64,000 nucleotides of DNA from NCBI GenBank assembly GCA_963767925.1, contig CAVYGB010000010.1, positions 1,184,001-1,248,000 on the forward strand. The letters are read 5' to 3'. Shown here piece after piece: positions 53,718-64,000 of the stretch. The translations under genes and the position numbers were made by a program. This stretch comes from an uncultured delta proteobacterium (GTDB lineage: Bacteria > Myxococcota_A > Polyangia > Fen-1088). The notes below the pieces were generated by a model. It saw only the letters and a program-made list of their open reading frames with translations, ran no database searches and was not told where the DNA came from. Positions within the stretch are counted from its first letter, which is position 1, and each line of letters opens with the position of its first letter.

Positions 53718-53823
53718 GTTGGTCGCCAGGAAGAGACGAAAGAGGACGAAGAGGGAGGTCGCAGATAAAAGGCGAGGGAGACGACGAGAAGGAGACCGGG
53801 AGGAGGTCAGGTTACCCGGGGTG

Positions 53824-54948
53824 TCACCGGGAGACCAGCTCCCGGCGCAGGCGGTCGAGGTTGCGCCGGCAGGCCATAGCATGAGGGTGACGGGCGCCCA
53901 CCGTGGCGGTGAAGATGCGCAGCGCGCGCGTCTGGGTGGCGACGGCTGCCCGGACCTGGCCACGCGCGGCGAGCACCACCGCCAGGTTGTTGAGGGAGAG
54001 GGCCAGCTCGGGGTGGCGGGGGCCCAGCAGCACCTCGTCGATGGCGAGGGCCCGGCGCATGTGCTGCTCGGCCTCGAGCAGGTCTCCCCGGTTGCGGTGG
54101 AGGGCCCCCAGGTTGGCCAGGGTCACCGAGACCTCGTAGCTGCGCGGACCGTAGCGCCGGAGGTGGTAGCGGAGGGCGCGGCGGTAGAGGCGCTCGGCTT
54201 CGGCCCGCTTGCCCAGCCCGTCGAGGATGGGGGCCAGGGCGGCCTCGTCGGCGACCAGGGCCGGATCCTGCGCTCCGGCGACGCGGCGGCGGAGCTGCAG
54301 GCCCCGCCGGGCGTGGGCCTCTGCCTCGGCCAGACGGCCGCGCGCGTGCTCGCTGCCGGCGAGGTTGTGGTACAGGCCGGCGAGCTCGACGGTGCGGTTG
54401 GCCGAGGTGGGCTGGCGCTGCACGATGAGGAGCGCGCGCCGGTAAAAAACCAGGGCAGCCGCGTAGCGGCCCTGGGCCTTGCGGAGCACGCCGAGGCCGT
54501 TGAGCGCGGCCGCCACCCGGCCTCGCCCTGGACCAGGGTGGCGCAGGGCCCAGCGCAGAACGGCGGTGCCGGTGCGCTCGGCGGCGGCGTGGTGGCCGCG
54601 GGTCCGGCTGACGCTGGCGCCCGCCAGGCGGACCCGCAGGTAGAGGTCCTGGATGTCGGCGGGAGTGGTGGGACGGTCGGCCTGGGCGGCCAGGCGGCGG
54701 CCGGCGGCCTGCAGCAGGGTAGCCGCGGTCTCGAGGTCGCCGCGCAGCTCGGCGAGCTCGGCCCACTCGGCCTCGGCGTGGGCGGCGTTGGCGCTGCGGG
54801 CCCCCTCGGCGGCGACGAACCGGCGGGCGGCCTGGCGGAAGGCAGCGGCGGCTGCGGGCAGGTCCCCCCGGGCGCGGGCGCGGCTCCCCGCGTGGTGCGC
54901 GGCCGCGGCCTCGGCCACCTGACCACGCACCTTGGCTCGGGAACGCAC
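53824..54948 (-). CDS. tetratricopeptide repeat protein (kinesin-light-chain-like TPRs)
   Basis: Repeated ALNGLGVLRKAQGRY, YHNLAG, LANLGALHRNRGD, LGPRHPELALSLNNLAV. Start uncertain (54918-55056). Confidence 0.85.
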   Translation of the reverse strand: MRSRAKVRGQVAEAAAAHHAGSRARARGDLPAAAAAFRQAARRFVAAEGARSANAAHAEAEWAELAELRGDLETAATLLQAAGRRLAAQADRPTTPADIQDLYLRVRLAGASVSRTRGHHAAAERTGTAVLRWALRHPGPGRGRVAAALNGLGVLRKAQGRYAAALVFYRRALLIVQRQPTSANRTVELAGLYHNLAGSEHARGRLAEAEAHARRGLQLRRRVAGAQDPALVADEAALAPILDGLGKRAEAERLYRRALRYHLRRYGPRSYEVSVTLANLGALHRNRGDLLEAEQHMRRALAIDEVLLGPRHPELALSLNNLAVVLAARGQVRAAVATQTRALRIFTATVGARHPHAMACRRNLDRLRRELVSR

Positions 54949-55142
54949 GCCGCCCGATAGTAGACCACCTCCGCCCCGGCGCGGACCGATGTGACCGCCC
55001 GGCCCAGCGCGGACCCGTTGCGACGGGCGCAACGCCGCCTGTTGTCGCGCAGGCAACGCCCGGCGGTGGCCGGGGGCGGCCGACGCCGCGTGTGCGCGCG
55101 GCCGGGAGCGGAAGCCAGCGTCGGGAAAGGGAGAATGCTCCG

Positions 55143-55190
55143 CATTATGATTTGTAATTTAACTCACTTCTATTTGCACGATAGATGCAC
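55143..55190. promoter_or_regulatory. AT-rich divergent promoter region with TGCA-N7-TGCA palindrome
   Basis: CATTATGATTTGTAATTTAACTCACTTCTATTTGCACGATAGATGCAC is strikingly AT-rich for this window and lies between divergent genes. Confidence 0.55.
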
Positions 55191-55201
55191 TCGAGAGGGG
55201 C

Positions 55202-56779
55202 GTGGTTCGGCGATTCGGAAAACAGGAGACACGGTCGAGGCGGTTCGGGATTCACCTGCGGCTGGCGGGGACGCTGGCGGTGGTGGCGAGCGGGTGTGAC
55301 ACCCAGGTACTCGCGCCGACCGAGCAGCACACCTCGGAGCTGGTCGGGCTCAACATCGGTGGCCAGAACATCGGTGGCCAGAACATCGGTGGCCAGAACG
55401 TCGGCGGCCACAACATCGGCGGCCAGAACGTCGGCGGCCACAACATCAGCGGCCAGAACGTCGGCGGCCACAACATCAGCGGCCACAACATCGGCGGCCA
55501 GAACGTCGGCGGCCACAACATCGGCGGCCAGAACGTCGGCGGCCACAACATCGGCGGCCAGAACGTTGGCGGGCACAACATCAGCGGCCACAACCTCGCC
55601 GGGGTGAACCTCGCTCACGGGGCCGACACGCTCGATCGCCGCGGCGGCGCCGCCGGCCTGCTCTACAGCGGTGAAGATCTGCAGGCCCCCGAGGACCGCT
55701 GTGTCGTCCTCGGCGTCGGCTCGACCGAGATCGCCACCCTGCTCGGGCGCCAGAGCCCCGACGCCACCCTGCACGCCGCGATCGGCAAGCTCCCCTGGGG
55801 CTACACCGGCCCGGCGGGCGGCCCCATCGTCCTGGCCGCCTGGGAGGTCTTCCTGCAGGGCGATCGCACCCACTGCTCGTTCGTCCTCGCCACCCCCGTC
55901 GACAGCACCTGGGTCGGCGTGGCCGGCTTCGTCAAGGCCGTCTTCCGCTGGAACGCCCCGCCCGCCCAGACCCTCGAGGTGAGCGCCATCGAGACCAGCG
56001 GCCGGCAGGTCGCCGCGATCGGCCCGGTTGTCGAGACCCACGAGGGCATGATGGACGCTGGCGGCAAGTGGCGCGCCGGCCAGATCAGCGCCCGGAGCCT
56101 CGTCGCCGGTGAGCTCGCCTTCGTCGCCGCCACGACCAACAACCGCTCGGTCCTCGTCGACTTCGCCTCCTGGGTGACCGACGCCAGCAACGCGGGCCTG
56201 GTGCTCGGCCACGTGGAGAGCGCCAGCCCGCCCCGCTACGCCGAGTCGGTCTATTACGCCTACGACAACGGCGACGGCAGCATCGGCGTCGCCGTCGGCC
56301 CCGCCTCCTGGGTCGACAGCGACTACGCCGACGACCTGCCGAGCAGCTACCAGAGCCTCGAGGCCGCCTACCAGCTCTTCCAGGAGGGGCTCTTCACCCG
56401 CCCGGTCCCCACCCGCTGCGGCGGCGCCCTCTTCCTCAACGCCCGCCACGGCGAGCCGATGCCGGCCGGCAAGTGCGACAGCACGCTGGCCTGGACGGTC
56501 GGCGCGGCCGCCGGCTACCGCACCTGGACCACCGTGCCCGGCGCCACCGCGCCGATGAGCCAGTACATGTTGCTGCCCGCCGACGGCGCCACCCGCCTCA
56601 CCCGCAACGGCAAGGTCGTGCTGAGCGAGACCTACGTCCACATGTGGGACGTCAACTACGACCTCGAGCCGGGCGACCACCGCGCGCGCGAGGCCGACCG
56701 CCGCGCGCTCCTGGCGCCGTCGAGCGAGGCGCCCTCGTCGCTCCGCACCGCCGCCCTCGCGCAGCCCGCTGGCCGCTGA
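55202..56779 (+). CDS. putative lipoprotein with N-terminal pentapeptide repeats and an unrecognised C-terminal domain
   Basis: Basic N-region, hydrophobic stretch, VASG-C32; 18 x-N-[IVL]-[GSA]-G type repeats; about 385-aa globular region with strong GC3 bias. Confidence 0.85.
   Translation: MVRRFGKQETRSRRFGIHLRLAGTLAVVASGCDTQVLAPTEQHTSELVGLNIGGQNIGGQNIGGQNVGGHNIGGQNVGGHNISGQNVGGHNISGHNIGGQNVGGHNIGGQNVGGHNIGGQNVGGHNISGHNLAGVNLAHGADTLDRRGGAAGLLYSGEDLQAPEDRCVVLGVGSTEIATLLGRQSPDATLHAAIGKLPWGYTGPAGGPIVLAAWEVFLQGDRTHCSFVLATPVDSTWVGVAGFVKAVFRWNAPPAQTLEVSAIETSGRQVAAIGPVVETHEGMMDAGGKWRAGQISARSLVAGELAFVAATTNNRSVLVDFASWVTDASNAGLVLGHVESASPPRYAESVYYAYDNGDGSIGVAVGPASWVDSDYADDLPSSYQSLEAAYQLFQEGLFTRPVPTRCGGALFLNARHGEPMPAGKCDSTLAWTVGAAAGYRTWTTVPGATAPMSQYMLLPADGATRLTRNGKVVLSETYVHMWDVNYDLEPGDHRAREADRRALLAPSSEAPSSLRTAALAQPAGR
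55349..55618 (+). repeat. coding 15-bp tandem repeat (18 units)
   Basis: CA(G/C)AAC(A/G)TC(G/A)GCGGC units encode LNIGG QNIGG QNIGG QNVGG HNIGG ... HNISG HNLAG VNLAH. Confidence 0.95.
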
Positions 56780-56860
56780 GCCGCCGGCCGCCGGCGTCAT
56801 GACGGAGCGTCAACCCGTCACCGTCAGTAGGGGTGGTGAGTGCGCTAGATTCCCTGGGCG

Positions 56861-59800
56861 ATGTCTCGGTGCCCGACCTGCCACCGGCGACTCGCCCCGG
56901 CCGCCTCCTGCGCCCGCGACGGCAGCACGGCGGTAGCTTCACCGGCCCTCGCGGGCAGCGCGCCCGGGCGACCCCGCGTACCCGGCGTCGAGGCGACGAC
57001 CCTGCTCGGCGCGGGCGCCTACGGCGCGGTCTGGGCGGCCACCACGACCGAAGCGCCGGTGGGCCAGCCGGTTGCCGTGAAGGTCAGCCACGACACGACC
57101 GAGGCGACGGCGGCGCGCTTCCGCCGGGAGGCGGCCATCCTCACCCGGGTCGGCCCGCCCCACCTGCCCGCCTTCGTCGCCGCGGGCAAGCTCGCCGATG
57201 GGCGCTCCTACCTCTCGATGGAGCGCCTGGTCGGCCCCACCCTCGCCGAGGAGATCGCCGGCTTTCACGAGCCACCTCCCCTGGAGGTCGTCGGGCTGCT
57301 CGGCAGCACCCTCATCGAAGCAGTGGCCGCCCTGCACGAGCGCGGCGTCTCCCACCGCGACCTCAAGCCGGAGAACGTGATCCTGACCGGCGCGGGCGCC
57401 GCCCGGGTGGCCCGGCTGATCGATTTTGGCCTGGCGCTCACGCCGTCCCTCCCCGCCCTCGAGCGCACGACCACCGGCATGGCGGTGGGCACGCCCGAAT
57501 ACATGGCCCCCGAGCGGATCGCCGGCGAGGACGGGGACTTCCCGGCGGACGTCTACGCGCTCGGCGCCATCCTGTTCGAGCTGCTCACCCTGCGGACGCC
57601 CTTCGTGGGGGACACCCGCGAGATCGAATACGCCCAGCTCTCCTTCCGCCCCCCCTCCCCCTCCCGCTTCGCCCCGGTCCCCGACGCGCTCGAGGAGATC
57701 GTCCTGCGCTGCCTGGCCAAGAATCCGGCCCGCCGCTTCCCCGACGGCATGGCCCTGCACGCGGCCTTCCTCGCGGCGCTCGCCGACCTGGGCGGGTTCC
57801 GGGAGCGGCCAGCGCCGGCCGCGCCCCGCGAGGAGGGGCCCCCGCGGGCGGAGCGCCAGAAGGTCGCCCTCATCTTCATGCATGACCCGGTGGCCTCGGC
57901 GGTCGACATCCAGGGGGCCATCCAGCCGTTCGGCGGCCAGCTCGCCCACCTGGCCGGCGGCCGCTGCGTCTGCGCCTTCACCCACCGGGCCGGCGATCAC
58001 CCGGGCCAGCGCGCGCTGGGCGCGGCCGAGGCGCTCGTCGCCCGCCGGCTGGCCGCCCGCCTCATCGTCGACGTCGGCACCGTCCTCGTGAAGCCCCGGC
58101 CGAGCGGCCCGCCCCGCGTGACGAGCCCGCTCTTCTCCGAGGGCGCCCGCTTCCCCCGGGTCGACGAGCCCGAAGGCATCCAGCTCACGCCCGCCGCGCG
58201 CGAGATGTTGCCCGACGTGGTCTGCACGCCCTCGGTCACCCGCCCCGAGCACTTCGCGCTGGTGCCCCGCGCCGACCAGGACCTGCTCCGCACGGTCGAG
58301 CTGGCCGCCCGCGAGGCGATCGGCCCGCTCTTCGGACGGGAGGACGAGCTGCAAGGCCTGTCGGAGGAGGCGGCCCGGGCGCTGGCCGAGCGGCGGCCGC
58401 GCGTCGCCACCGTCCTCGGCGGGCAGGGGATCGGCAAGACCCGCCTGCGCTTCGAGCTGGCCCACCTCCTGCCGACCAGCCTCCAGGGGGTGGAGGTGAT
58501 CGAGCTGGTGGCCAAGGAGGCGATCGGGCCCGAGGCCGACGAGATCCTCGCCGAGCTGCTGCGCCGGACCCTCGATCTGCCGCGCCAGCCGCCCCCCGGG
58601 GCCGAGCGCGAGCCCTGGATCGCCCGCCTCGGTGAATCGGAGAGCGAAGCGGCCGCGGCCGGCCTGGTGCTCGGCTGGCTGACCCCCGACGACGCGCGGG
58701 TGCGGGCGATGGCCGCCGCGCCCGGCGCCCTGCGAGCCAACGCCGCCCGCGCCGGCATGACCGCCCTCGCCCGACGGGCCGGGCGCCAGCCAGTGGTGGT
58801 CCTGCTCGACGGCGCCCACTGGGCCGACGACGCCCTCCTCGATGCCCTCGAGCAGGCCACCGTCTCGGAGCTGCCGCTCTGGGTGTGCGCCTTCGCCAGC
58901 CCCGCCTTCACCGCCAGCCGGCCCACCTGGGGCCAGCGGGCGGCCGGGCACCACCTCGTGCCCCTGGGCCCCCTCGATCGGGCCAGCGCCTCGGAGCTGT
59001 GCCGCCACCTGCTCGAGCCGGCCGCCCAGGTCCCCCAGGCGGTCGTCGACACCCTCATCGATCGCGCCGAGGGCGTGCCCCTCATGATCCACGACCTCAT
59101 CCGGGGGCTGCGGCGCGAGGGCCTCGTCCGCCGGCAGGGCCCCGGCGCCTGGGTGCTCGTCACCGAGGTCCTCGACCGGCTGTCCGACTCCCCGCTGGCC
59201 CAGTGGCTGGCCAGCCGGGAGCTCGACGAGCTGTCGGCCGACCTGGTGGCCCACGCCCGCCTGCTGGCCCTGCTGCCCCTCGAGGTCACGGTCGAGGAGG
59301 TGGAGGGGGTGCTGGCGGCGATGCCTCCCGACCTGCTCGACGCCTTCCCGCTCGACGGGCAGGTGGGCCTGCAGCGGCTGCGCCAGTGCGGCCTGCTGCA
59401 GCGGCGCCCGTCCGGTCGCCACGCCTTCCGCAACGAGGGCATCCGGGAGGCCATCGCCCGCACGGTGAACGAGGGCCTGGCCGCCAGGATCCACAGGGCC
59501 GCCCTCCAGTACCACTTGTCGCCCCCCGACGCCGGCCCCGACCGCCTGGCCCGCCTGGCCTGGCACGCGGCGGCCGCCGGCGAGCGGGAGGAGGCGGCCG
59601 CCGCCTACCTGGCGGTCGCCGAGGGGGCGGGCGCGCGCCACAGCTACCTCGAGGCGGAGCTGTTCTACAGCCGCTGCCTGGGCCAGCTCGTCGAGGGGGA
59701 CGCCCCCCGGCGGCTGCGGGCCCTGCGCGGCCGGGGCATCATGCGCTACCGGCTGGGGCGGCACGACGAGTCGCTGGCCGACCTCGGGCAAGCCCACGTC

Positions 59801-60856
59801 CTCGCCCAGCGCGGCGACGACCGCCTGCTCGAGGCCGACCTGCTGCTTGACGAGGCCATGGCCCTCGACTGGCTGCTCGACTGGCCGCGCTCGCGCGCGC
59901 TGACCGAGCGGGCCCGCGCCCTGATCCCCGGGGACGCCCCCCCCGCCCTGCGCGCCCGCCTGCTGCTCGCGCTGGGCCGATCGCTCCACCGCTTCAACGC
60001 CGACGCCGAGGCGGCCGGCGTCCTGCGCGAGGCCGAGCGCCTGGCCGCGACCTGCGGAGACGAGGGCTACGAGGTGGTGGTCATCGCCGACCTCGTGCTG
60101 GGGCTGCTGTTGCCGATGATCGGGCTGACCGACGAGGCCGAGGCCCGCCTGAACCAGGTGCAGCGCCTGTGCGAGGAGAAGGGGGACGAGCTGCACCTGG
60201 CGGCGATGTGGCAGAACCGTTCGCTGATCTTCCTGGCCCGGGACCAGCGCGATCGCTTCGAGGAGGAGAACGCCCGCGTGCGGGCCCACGCCCAGCGGCT
60301 CGGCAACGCCACCGTCGAGCGCTACGCCCACCTCAACCTCTCGAACTACTGCTACTGGCGCTGGGAGCTCGATCCCGCCCTGGAATACGCCCACAAGCTC
60401 ATCGAGGTGGACCGGCGCTTCCGGGGCGAGGGGGCCTTCCGGCCCGACGGGCTGGTGCTGCTGGCCCGCATCCTGTTCGTGCGGGGCGACGAGGCGGGGG
60501 CCCGGGCGACGGTCGAGCAGGTCGCCCGCCACCAGGCCGAGGCCCGCGCCGCCGGCCAGAGCGATCGCCTGCTGGCCCCCAACGACGAGCTGCTGCTCGA
60601 CATGACCGCGCTGCTGGTCGCCGGCGCCGCGGGGCCGGCCTGGGAGGCGCTGCTCGAGCGGGCCCGGACGGTCTCCCCCGGGCAAGAGCTGATCGAGGTG
60701 ATCGAGCTGGCCGGCCTGGCCGCCGAGCGCCGGGGCGACCTCGCGGCCGCCCGGCGCTGCTGGGAGGAGGCGCTCGCGGTGGGCGCGCGCATCCCCAACG
60801 TCATGAGCGGCCGCGTCCGCGGGCGGCTGGCCCGGCTGGCGGCCGATCCTCAGTAA
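56861..60856 (+). CDS. Ser/Thr kinase - STAND/AAA ATPase - TPR-like multidomain protein
   Basis: N-terminal CPTC...CARD zinc ribbon; [56 protein letters not shown]; helical C-terminus. Confidence 0.92.
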   Translation: MSRCPTCHRRLAPAASCARDGSTAVASPALAGSAPGRPRVPGVEATTLLGAGAYGAVWAATTTEAPVGQPVAVKVSHDTTEATAARFRREAAILTRVGPPHLPAFVAAGKLADGRSYLSMERLVGPTLAEEIAGFHEPPPLEVVGLLGSTLIEAVAALHERGVSHRDLKPENVILTGAGAARVARLIDFGLALTPSLPALERTTTGMAVGTPEYMAPERIAGEDGDFPADVYALGAILFELLTLRTPFVGDTREIEYAQLSFRPPSPSRFAPVPDALEEIVLRCLAKNPARRFPDGMALHAAFLAALADLGGFRERPAPAAPREEGPPRAERQKVALIFMHDPVASAVDIQGAIQPFGGQLAHLAGGRCVCAFTHRAGDHPGQRALGAAEALVARRLAARLIVDVGTVLVKPRPSGPPRVTSPLFSEGARFPRVDEPEGIQLTPAAREMLPDVVCTPSVTRPEHFALVPRADQDLLRTVELAAREAIGPLFGREDELQGLSEEAARALAERRPRVATVLGGQGIGKTRLRFELAHLLPTSLQGVEVIELVAKEAIGPEADEILAELLRRTLDLPRQPPPGAEREPWIARLGESESEAAAAGLVLGWLTPDDARVRAMAAAPGALRANAARAGMTALARRAGRQPVVVLLDGAHWADDALLDALEQATVSELPLWVCAFASPAFTASRPTWGQRAAGHHLVPLGPLDRASASELCRHLLEPAAQVPQAVVDTLIDRAEGVPLMIHDLIRGLRREGLVRRQGPGAWVLVTEVLDRLSDSPLAQWLASRELDELSADLVAHARLLALLPLEVTVEEVEGVLAAMPPDLLDAFPLDGQVGLQRLRQCGLLQRRPSGRHAFRNEGIREAIARTVNEGLAARIHRAALQYHLSPPDAGPDRLARLAWHAAAAGEREEAAAAYLAVAEGAGARHSYLEAELFYSRCLGQLVEGDAPRRLRALRGRGIMRYRLGRHDESLADLGQAHVLAQRGDDRLLEADLLLDEAMALDWLLDWPRSRALTERARALIPGDAPPALRARLLLALGRSLHRFNADAEAAGVLREAERLAATCGDEGYEVVVIADLVLGLLLPMIGLTDEAEARLNQVQRLCEEKGDELHLAAMWQNRSLIFLARDQRDRFEEENARVRAHAQRLGNATVERYAHLNLSNYCYWRWELDPALEYAHKLIEVDRRFRGEGAFRPDGLVLLARILFVRGDEAGARATVEQVARHQAEARAAGQSDRLLAPNDELLLDMTALLVAGAAGPAWEALLERARTVSPGQELIEVIELAGLAAERRGDLAAARRCWEEALAVGARIPNVMSGRVRGRLARLAADPQ

Positions 60857-63800
60857 GTCTTCGTCCAGAGCAGGTCGGCGGAGCCGACCCGGGCGTCGCC
60901 GTAGGTGCCCTCCAGGCTCCAGCGCTGTCCGAGCTGCAGCTCGAGGTGGACCTCGTTGCGGTTCTCGCGGGCGAACTGATCGGTGCCGGTGCGCCCGACG
61001 TAGGCGACGTAGAGGTCGTTGCCGATGTAGGTCCCCGCCTCGAGCCGGGCGCCGGCGAAGTCCTGCCCCGGCTCGAGCAGCAACACGTCGAGGGGCAGGC
61101 GCTTCGAGAGCGTCTTCTGGAGCTGGCTGGCCAGCAAACCGCCCAGCAGGGAGGCGGCCCGGTCGGCGGGGGCCGCCCCGCCGCCACCGCCCCGGACGAT
61201 GTCGTCGGGCAGCCGGCCGGTCAGCACCAGGGCGAACAGCTCGCTGTCCCCGTATTCGGGGTGCTCGGGCGAGGTCAGGGTGAAGCGCAGGCGGTCGGCC
61301 GGCCCCTCGACGTGGACGTTCACCGTCGTGTCGGCCTGCTCGATTCGGTAGGTGGCGTCGACCGAGAGGCTCGGCACCTCGGGCCGCCCGCCGAACACAA
61401 CCGACGAGCCGCCGGTGACGAGGAAGCGCCGGCCCATCACCTGCACGTAGCCCCGCCGCACCTTCACCGTGCCAAACAGACGCGGCTCCTCCTCGTAGAG
61501 CAGGAGGAAGCCCGGCTCGAGGCCCAGCTCCAGGTTGACGTCGGGGCCCCGCACCCACAGGTTGCGCTCGGCCTCCACCGACACCCGCACCACCCGCTCG
61601 ACCTCCTCGGCGGAATCCGGCCAGGGCCCCGGTCTCCTGCAGCTTGCGGGCCTCGCGCGCGTCGCGGGGCTGGCCGTTCTCCAGGATGACGATGTCCCCG
61701 GGGCGCTTGAGCGACTGCACGTCCTTGCGCTTGTCCCCCGCCAGCAGGAAGTGCGCCTCGGGGATGGACGCCGCCAGGCGGATGCGCTCGGGCGCCACCG
61801 TCCCCTTGATCGTCGACTTCACCGACAGGTCGCCCACCGCCTGCCCCTCGGTATAAAAGCGGAACTTGTCGAGGTGGGCCTGCACCTCCAGGGCGAGCCG
61901 CCGCCCCTGGTCCTCGCGAACCGCGCGCCCCGAGAGGTGGGCCTGGCCCGGCCCGCTGCTGGCCTGCAGCCGCTCGAGCACCATCTCGCGCGAGTCGCCC
62001 CGCAGCGCCAGGTCGATGTCGCGGTATTCGCCCAGCCCGGCCAGCACCAGGCGGCCCTTCTTCAACTCGAGCCGGCCGGCGAGCTGGGGCGCGCCCACGT
62101 TCCCCTCGATGCGGCCCTGGGCCTCGAGCCGCCCCGCCACCGTCCGGACCGAGTCGTGCAGTCCGGAGAAGATGCTGAGGTCCAGGGCCCGGGAGGCCAG
62201 ACGGCCGCGCACCGGGATGGCCCGCACCTTCAGCCCGCGCTGGATCCCGGGCAGCGACAGGTTGGCCCGGCCTTGCAGCTCCAGCTCCAGCCGGCCGCCG
62301 TTGGCCGAGTCGACCTGGGCCAGCAGCTTGCCCTGCTCGTCCTGGTAATCGAAGCGCAGGTCGGCCTTGCCGAGCGCCCGGCTCCCCAGGCTGGCCTCGT
62401 CGGCCAGCGCGCGCACCTGCAGCGTCGGGTCGGCCAGCGTCCCCCGGGCCACCACCTGGGCCTGCACCCGGGCCCGGAACTGCGGCCGCTCGGCCCCCCG
62501 CGGACCCCCGATCTCCACCGAGGGCAGCCCCAACCGTTGCAGCCGGATCGGGCCCACCCGGGCCTCCACCTGCAAGGGCGTGTGGTCAACCGCCCGCCCC
62601 TGCACCAGCTCGGCCACCGTCGTGCCCAGGTGGGCGTCGAGCTGGACCAGCGGCTGGCTGGTCTGCTGCAGGCGCACCCGGGCGTCGATGCCGGTGCGCG
62701 GGCGATCGCTGGCCTGCAGGTCGAGCTGCAGGCCGCTCAGGCGGTCGACCCGGCCATCGGCCAGCCCCGCGGTCAGCTCGATCTCCCCGGCCGGCAGCCG
62801 CCCCCGCGCCCGCAGATCGAGCCGGGCCCGCCCGCCGAGCTTGCGCCCAGGAGGCAGGACACCCGGCGGCAGGCGGGCCAGGTCCAGCCCCGCCACCCGC
62901 AGGTGGGCCTCGATCTGCTTGCCCCGCTGCCGCAGGTCGACCTGCACCCGCTGCCCCGGCTCGGCCTGCAGATCCAGCCCGGCCACCTCCAGCCCGCGGC
63001 GGCCGCTGTCGATGCGCGCCGGGGCGACGAGCTGCCAGGTGGCCCGGGGGTAGCCCAGCTTCAGGCTGGCGAGGTCGACGACGATCTCGCCCGGGCTCCG
63101 CTGCCGCGCCCGCCCGCCCGCCCGCAGGGACAGCGCCGTCGGGGTGCGGGTGCTGGCGTCGAGGGAAAACCCGCCCGAGGGGGCGCTCCGGGCCGCCAGG
63201 GCCACCTGCCCGAAGCGCCGGCCGCCCGCCCGCAGGCTGCCCACCTGCAGGCGGGCCGAAGCCCGCAGCGGCAGCGCCCGTCCCTCGCTCTGCAGCGACA
63301 GGCGCAGATCGTCGACCGCGCTGTCGGCCACCCGCAGGACCGGGAGCCGGGCCTGGGCCTTCACCTCGGGCCGCAGCACGGTCCCCCGGACCGAGGCGGT
63401 GACCTGCCCCCGCCCGGCCAGCCCCAGCCGCGCCGGCAGCCCCAGGCTGCGCGCCGCCAGGCGCAGATCCTCCGCTTGCACCTTCAGGTCCAGGGCCAGC
63501 GCCCGCAGATCGCTCTGCCCCTTGCCGTCGAGGCGCAGGCCGGGCAATACCGCGATCAGCTCGTCGATGGTGTAGCGCCCGCGGTCGGCCCGCACCCGCG
63601 CCCGCACCGGCCCGAGCGGGCGCCCCACGATGGAGGCCCCCGGCAGCACCTGCAGATCGGCCTTGAAGGTCGCCTCGGCGGCGCTGCGCCCACCCCCCTG
63701 CCCCTCCAGCACGAGATCGAAGCGCGAGGGTGGACCGCCGACCAGGAGCGCGGCCAGGTCCACCCGCTGCGCCTCCAGGCGGACCGCGCGGGCCTGCCGC

Positions 63801-64000
63801 TTGCCGGTGTCGACCTCCGCCTGCAGGCGCGCCCGCAGGGTGTCGGCGGCCAGCGACAGGTCCACCCCCACCACGTCGCCGCGCAACGAGGCCGACCCCT
63901 TGCCCGCCACCACCACCCGCACCGGGTAGGCCGGCACGAACTGGCGCACCAGCGCCGGATCGATCCGCACCTCGGCGAGCGCGAGGTCGGCGTTGCGCAG
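60850..64000 (-). CDS. tamB: TamB/AsmA-like translocation and assembly module protein (3' part; frameshift near 61620)
   Basis: Long beta-taco-like repetitive sequence and a DUF490-type C-terminus ([48 protein letters not shown]). 5' end lies beyond the window. Confidence 0.85.

Noticed and set aside
56939..63970. 2343-aa giant ORF on the minus strand
   Set aside because: Only 61620-63970 is real (tamB). After an indel near 61620 it runs off-frame and then antisense to the kinase gene.

Overview
A 64 kb, very GC-rich bacterial chromosomal segment. Its gene content (several eukaryotic-like Ser/Thr kinases, Cys-rich lipoproteins, DUF4388/DnaJ, PilZ and sigma54 activator genes) suggests a myxobacterium; this is inference. 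Housekeeping genes: gatCAB, glnE, a PP2C phosphatase, a sirtuin, a PPTase, tamB (partial) and a HelD-like helicase (partial). Accessory loci: (i) kdpFABC plus a split KdpD / KinB-like kinase / NtrC-family activator set, where both kdp promoters carry a sigma54 motif and the same two-site upstream element; (ii) a stand-alone LigD polymerase and a coupled pair of SF1 helicases; (iii) a TPR-HlyD-C39 peptidase ABC-ABC export operon with no visible precursor peptide, divergent from a lipoprotein with 18 xN[IVL][GSA]G-type pentapeptide repeats; (iv) a 39-bp tandem array and two inverted copies of a ~170-bp REPIN/MITE-like element; (v) a ~620-bp patchwork of three gene fragments. Several frameshifts, densest in gatA/gatB, look like sequencing indels. 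I saw no rRNA, tRNA, CRISPR array, integrase or transposase. All calls come from motif recognition by eye; no database searches were run.
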